From: Eledone cirrhosa
Taxonomy: Eukaryota
Assembly (NCBI GenBank): GCA_964016885.1
Contig: OZ024757.1
Span: forward strand, 38,998,001 to 39,062,000
DNA length: 64,000 bases
Direction: 5' to 3'
The notes beneath the pieces are model-generated. The model saw only the letters and a list, made by a program, of their open reading frames with translations, did not search any database and was not told the DNA's origin. Shown one piece after another: positions 57,590 through 64,000 of this stretch. The stretch's first letter is position 1. Each line of letters opens with the position of its first letter. A program made the position numbers and the translations under genes.

Positions 57590-58849
57590 CCATCTCTCTC
57601 TATTTCACCCTCTCTCGTTTCGGTTTCCATTTTGTTCTTATTTCATTCTTCCGCCTTTTTTTATGACAGTAAGAATTCGTAAGAATCCACATTGAAATTC
57701 TTTTCATTGTGTTGCAACGATAAATCCGAACCATTTCCTCCCCTATTTCCGGAATGTTCGCAACTTATTCTTGTTTCTATATTATCTTCAATCCCAGCAC
57801 AAGTTGTTCCTGATATCTTAGCTCCTAGTTTAACTATTTTGTTTTTTTTGGGGGGTGGGGTTTTTTTGTCCTCTTTTATTTAAAATTTTATTCTGGAACT
57901 ATATGTGTTTTTCTTTTGATTTATTATTTCATATCTACTCTTCCTTCAATGCTTCGATTATGTTCGACTGTAAAAGGTATCTATGTATTATTGGCATTCG
58001 TTCGATACTCATTCATTTACTTTATATTGTAAACCTCGGTACCTCAATGAAAACTTTTATTTTTATGATAGTTTTCTGTTAGGCTTTCTTTCATGTTTTT
58101 CTCCGATTTTCCCTTACCTATTAGACATTGCAGCTGCTCACTAAAGATTCTTCCCTAATCTCTTAATTCTTCTTCTTCTTCTTGTTATTGTTTCTATTTC
58201 TTCCATAATACAAAACCAAGTTTAAGAGTCGATCGGACTCCGGTTAGATAGAATGATATCCGATATTTGATCCAGCCTTCTGTGATCTGAGTTCAAAACC
58301 TGCTGAGGTCAACTTTTCTTTTCATCCTTTCAATGTAATCACATGAAGCACCAATTCAATACTGGGATCAGGTTGTATTCTATATATCTTTCTATATGTT
58401 CTGTGTTCATCTATACATCATTCTATATACTCTATATATTTTTCTACACATTCTATTTCCCTCGATATATCATACTGTATACTCTATTTCCTCTAAATAT
58501 CATTCTATATACTCTATTTATCTCTATAGATCATTCTATATATTCTACCTTCCTCTATATACCTTTATATATATTTTTTTCTATTTTCCTCTATATGTCT
58601 TTTTATTTCTCTCTATACATCTCCTTGGAAGTGATCTGCTCAATTCGACCTGGAGAGCAATGGGCTTTGCTTGGTTTTATATGTTTAAGACACGTTATGC
58701 AGATCAACAAAACACCTATGACCTCAGATGTCATGGTTATGGTATGATAACACAAAGCCATATCCTATTTGTATTTATTCATTTGCCTCTTACTATTATA
58801 AATCATATATCGATTATATATTACTGAAAGAGGTATTCCCTAATAAATT

Positions 58850-59100
58850 CAAAAGGCTTGTTAGGCTGGTTCTTATCCCGGTTTTTCATGGTTTTGAATG
58901 ACTGAGAGTCCAAGACGCATCGCTTAACTGGACACCAGTCCATCGCAGGGTTCAACCTCCAGTTAGTGCTGCCGGTACTCATTTTCAGCTGAGTAAATAA
59001 ATTGGAGCAACGAGAAATGAAGTGTGTTGTACTAGAACACGCATCCTAAACAAGCCCAGGAATCGAATCCATGACATTGTGATTGCAAGTGCCAACACCC
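58850..59100 (-). mobile_element. SINE family 2 relative
   Basis: ccagtccatcgcaggg...ggtactcattttcagctgagt..ggagcaac..aggaatcgaa. Confidence 0.7.
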
Positions 59101-59370
59101 TTATCTATAGACAACAAATAAGAGCATAACCTGCCCAATACATAAACCACAATATTTGTTCCATTACACATATGCTGTGAGACATATATATATGAAAGCA
59201 TGAAAGCTAAATGTTAATTTACAGCTTGGTTATAGAGAGCTTAAGGCTAAATTTACTAATAACAAAATATACTCTATAAGATTGTAGTTGGTAGCATTGA
59301 TTTATTGGATAGTTCCTGGAGCAGTGATAGACAGCATGCAATATGTTGTGATTTGGATTCATAACTTTGG

Positions 59371-59417
<47 letters not shown>

Positions 59418-59514
59418 GTGTGTGTGTGTGAAGAGAGAGAAAGGAGGAAAGCACTGTGATGAACTCTAGAATTGTACCACACAAACTCTAGTATGCATGT
59501 TATATATATGTATA

Positions 59515-59605
59515 TTTATTAAAATAACAGATTAAAGTTTAAGCAAAGAATCGCTGCTTTCACCCTTATATCTTTGGATATTAGTCTTCACATTTATTGT
59601 TATTA

Positions 59606-59660
<55 letters not shown>

Positions 59661-60150
59661 GTAATAATAATAAAATTGAAGACTAAAATCCAAAGAGGGC
59701 TCGATAAGGAAAATATATATCAAATATATGCGAACCGTAGAGCAAATATTTATTAAAATAACAGATTAAAGTTTAAGCAAAGAATCGGTGCTTTCACCCT
59801 TAACGGGATCTTCTGAAACTAACAAAGTCAATCTGTAAACGCAGAACTGGATATTTCAAAAAACGGTGCAACCGGAGGAAGACAGGAAGACGATACTTTG
59901 GTTCGTGGTAACGTTCGCTGGCAAAGAACGGGAAAAAACGAATAATACGTCATTAATAGGAGCGGTGAAAAACAATTACGCGCAAAGATAGAACCACGTT
60001 TATGGTATAAAAGAGGTCGTAGACTAATGTTCTCTTAGGTGGTGCATAGAGACGTTCTCTGGCAATGAACGAAAAAACGAAGATAATAAGTCATATGTGG
60101 AGCGTGGAGAACAATAGCACGCAAAGACAAAACCACGTAAATGGTATAGA
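59515..60150 (-). mobile_element. Longest family B element, with partial direct repeat, inversion and about 140-bp internal duplication
   Basis: 59515-59567 is repeated at 59749-59801. 59571-59607 is inverted to 59661-59696. 59908-60010 resembles 60050-60150. Confidence 0.75.
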
Positions 60151-61363
60151 GTTAAATTACGTCAATATCTCAATATATTTGCGGCTATTCGTAGTTACTA
60201 TCATACAAGGAGACATTGGATTTCAACATCAATCTTAAAAACAAGAGAATTATAACAGAAAGAAAGATGCCGAAAATAATCCAAATGACTTAGTAATACA
60301 TTTGAATGCTTTGAATGGTCATATAATAGAATTTAGTGAAATGAAGCAAGGAAAGGCAAAAATTTGAAAGGTCGAAACTACGACTTCGTAATATATATGA
60401 GTTGGAAAAACTGTCAGGAATACCTATTAAAAGCAAACGTCTATTTACACTAAATTACAGAAAAGATTGATAATTATTTTCACCTACTACATTGCCAGGT
60501 CACTCTATTGATGAATGCACTTTAGGATATTATTATGGAACGAGAAAATGACTTCGTATGGAAGTGAAATGTGAAATGCTCCATTTTGTTTTCGTTTCGG
60601 TTTCTATATTTTACTATTGCTATTTCAAGGAAAGTGATTCATTTCTTAGCTGCAAATGAGTTCAGCTTCAAAATAGGATAATGATGATGGCGGTGATGAT
60701 AGTGATGGTTCTAGCAATCTTCTGAAAATAGTAAATATTTTATCACAATAAATGAAAAAATCTCTAGAAAGTCTGCCGCCATTAATAAGACATAATATAC
60801 AAGTTGATGAAAACAAAAGATAGCCTGAAATACATTTCATTGAAAAGGTTTATTTTCCACGGATTGCTGGGCGGATGGTCGAACTAATTGAAATATTTTG
60901 ACAATAAGACGAAAGGTCAATAGTTCGCCTATTGTCACTAACTCTCTAACCAGTCTGTTTACTGGTACTTAGCTGTCAACAGTTGAGTGCACTTCAGTTT
61001 AAATAGATTTGCTTTAGTTATTGTTGTTGCTTAAACAGAGGACTGCTTCGATCATAAAGGGAAATGTGATACGTCAGGGGAATTTGAATCGTGTTTTCTC
61101 AATATCTAAGTAAAGAAATGTCATAAGATGTCTTGCTTAACAAGAAAAAAAAATGAAATAAGAAATAGAAAAGAAAATTGTTTACATGCGATTTGAACTC
61201 ATGTTTATTTTTTAAGATGGATTCCTCCCAGTTTTTTTTTTCTTTGTTCACAACTACGTGTTCATTCTGAAAGTAATTCAAGAAGACCAGTAAAGTTGTC
61301 CTATTGTTCAGACATAGACATGAGTGTGTATGCTATCATAGAACTGAGAGGAATATGTCAGTG

Positions 61364-61397
<34 letters not shown>

Positions 61398-61399
61398 CG

Positions 61400-61436
<37 letters not shown>

Positions 61437-61681
61437 GTGTGTGTGTATAGAGAAAGTGGGAGAGAGAGTGAAATATAGATATATAGTACGTAAGTATCAT
61501 ATGATGTGGGTATATATATATGTGTGTGTGTGTATGTATATATGTGTATGCATATATGTATTATATTATGTATCTGTACGTACGTGTTTATGCGTGTGCC
61601 TTCGTTCTTTGTTTTACATGAATATATATTGAAAAAAAAAAGATTTTATGTTTTATTGTTTCTTCTTTCTCTCAACTAATA

Positions 61682-61715
<34 letters not shown>

Positions 61716-62888
61716 TTTCTTTCTTTATTTCCTTCTTTATTTAATAATAATAATAATAAACAATATAATGAAGATGATGATGATAAATTTCTAGTGTTTT
61801 TTCTTGTGTTTTCTATGCTTTACACTGTGCCCCACACTATATTATATATTTTTTAAATTATATTTTGGTTTGGTTTTTGGTTCTCATATCTTAGGACCTT
61901 AATATCAACCTATTGTAAATACTGATAGATCGATAATAATTCAAGCATATTTAAAGCCGATTGATTTGTTATATTTTCTTTTCTTAGATAGCCATGATTG
62001 TGTTTGTTTGTTTGGTTGATTTTCTTTTTTTCAGTTGTTACTCTTGTTGATGTTTTGTTCTAATGTGTATGTAAGTATGTGTCACTTTCTTGTATGTAAT
62101 GCTTATACTCAAAATACGTGTATGCGTCTTTCTGTGTGTGTATTTATGTGTGTATAACAGTGTGTCTGTTTCTCAATGTATATGTATGCGTTTCAGTGTC
62201 TACGCCTGTATAAATGGGAGACATTTTAGATATAATCAAAAAAAAATTAAAAGAAACAAACACATTAGCAGCATCAACACAAATAACAATAAAACCAGCA
62301 ATAACAAGAAAAGAATTGATCTCTAAACTTTCAATACAATAACGGATGGATTTTTTTTTTTCTAATTTCAGTTGAACGTATCCCTATTATATAGATATCA
62401 AAGTCCTTCCAAAGTAGAATTCAATACGCGCTAATGCACCGAGCACTACTCAGCGTTATTGTTTTAGAGACTAAGTTGCTATTGTAATATTGTATTCTCT
62501 TTCACATTAGTTCTTTTTGTTTTGATAATATATCAGAGCGAAGGAGCAGTATTTATTGTCTGCTCATGTTATTGAGTGATTTTCATACGTAGCGTTAGTA
62601 CTAGTAGAAATTGGTAGTGGTACTCGAAGTGATAATAGTAAAGGTTGTATTAGTAGTAGTAGCGGTAGTGTTGGTTGTGGTGGTCATGAGGATGATAACA
62701 ACGATGATGATGATGATGATTATGATGAGAATAATAAAACCAGTTCCCAATAACTTTCATCTTTTCTGATATATATTACTTCTGGATCGATACATCAGTG
62801 TATATTCCCTGGTCCACTCTCTATAAAGGTGTGAATATATATGGGTGTATGTATGTATGTATATATATATATATATATATACGTATAT

Positions 62889-62932
<44 letters not shown>

Positions 62933-62961
62933 CGTATATATATATATAATATATATATATA

Positions 62962-63146
62962 CGTTATTCCGGGTTGAATCGGAGGTAACCACAGTAAGTA
63001 AGGTACTCAATACATAGCAGAGTATAATAGTTTTAATATAGATGAGATTCTACAGGACTAGAACTGTTTCATTCATTAGAAATCATCAGGATTCCTGATG
63101 ATTTCTAATGAATGAAACAGTTCTAGTCCTGTAGAATCTCATCTAT

Positions 63147-63150
<4 letters not shown>
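62962..63150 (-). mobile_element. Family D pLTR: perfect 58-bp palindrome carrying HHR cores
   Basis: 63034-63091 / 63093-63150 with a 1-nt spacer. CUGAUGA-u-uuc uaau gaa-u-GAAA-caguuc-UA at 63095-63125 and its mirror. Confidence 0.8.
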
Positions 63151-63212
<62 letters not shown>

Positions 63213-63231
63213 ATACATACATACACATATA

Positions 63232-63309
<78 letters not shown>

Positions 63310-63399
63310 TATATATATATATATGCATATATATATATATATGCATATATATATATATATGCATATATATATATATATGCATATATATATATATATGCA

Positions 63400-63449
<50 letters not shown>

Positions 63450-63450
63450 C

Positions 63451-63507
<57 letters not shown>

Positions 63508-63511
63508 CACA

Positions 63512-63551
<40 letters not shown>

Positions 63552-63630
63552 CATATATATACATATACATACATATATATTCATACATATACATTCATAC
63601 ATATATACATACATATATATGAATACATAC

Positions 63631-63663
<33 letters not shown>

Positions 63664-64000
63664 CATATAAATATGCAATATATACATACGCACACACATA
63701 CATACACATATATATATATATGTATATACATACGTATATATGTATATACATACATATATAATGCGTGTTGTGTCTTGCATTTAATGGCTTACATAATGAT
63801 AGGTTATTTCGAGGCTGTTGATGATATTATTGAATTAAATACACCGATGTTTATTTTAGATCGTAATAATATGCTTTTAGTTTCTGCCCATCATGCTTTA
63901 TTTGTGGAAATCTCCCAAAGCCATTTGCATTAAAACGGTAATGCATAAAATAATTGGGTGTGTATTATATCAATCATTCTAATCAGTGAAAAGTTTCACA

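Noticed and set aside
57660-57840. About 60 open codons on the minus strand (KIVKLGAKISGTTC...)
   Set aside because: No recognisable motif, start codon or splice context.

Overview
AT-rich, microsatellite-saturated eukaryotic non-coding DNA. It is most likely an octopus/cephalopod intron or intergenic region; this is inferred from SINE sequence and (TA)n/(CA)n load, not verified. No host protein-coding exon can be supported. Almost all listed ORFs are simple-repeat artefacts, and the only real coding remnants are 3' ends of non-LTR retrotransposons (RTE/Expander-like, CRE-like, Ingi/Vingi-like). Two tRNA-derived SINE families are abundant. The main hidden structure is a set of short non-coding elements from at least 6 unrelated sequence families. 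They sit in or beside (TA)n tracts, often form head-to-head palindromes, and carry type I hammerhead ribozymes (HHR): intact cores at 12048-12128, 19997-20054, 49443-49482, 50197-50235/50340-50378 and 55196-55259, plus degenerate or truncated ones. This matches Penelope-like element (PLE) pseudo-LTRs or retrozyme-like elements. One insertion has an empty-site paralogue next to it. An RTE derivative with shared in-frame internal duplications has become a 122-bp minisatellite at one locus.
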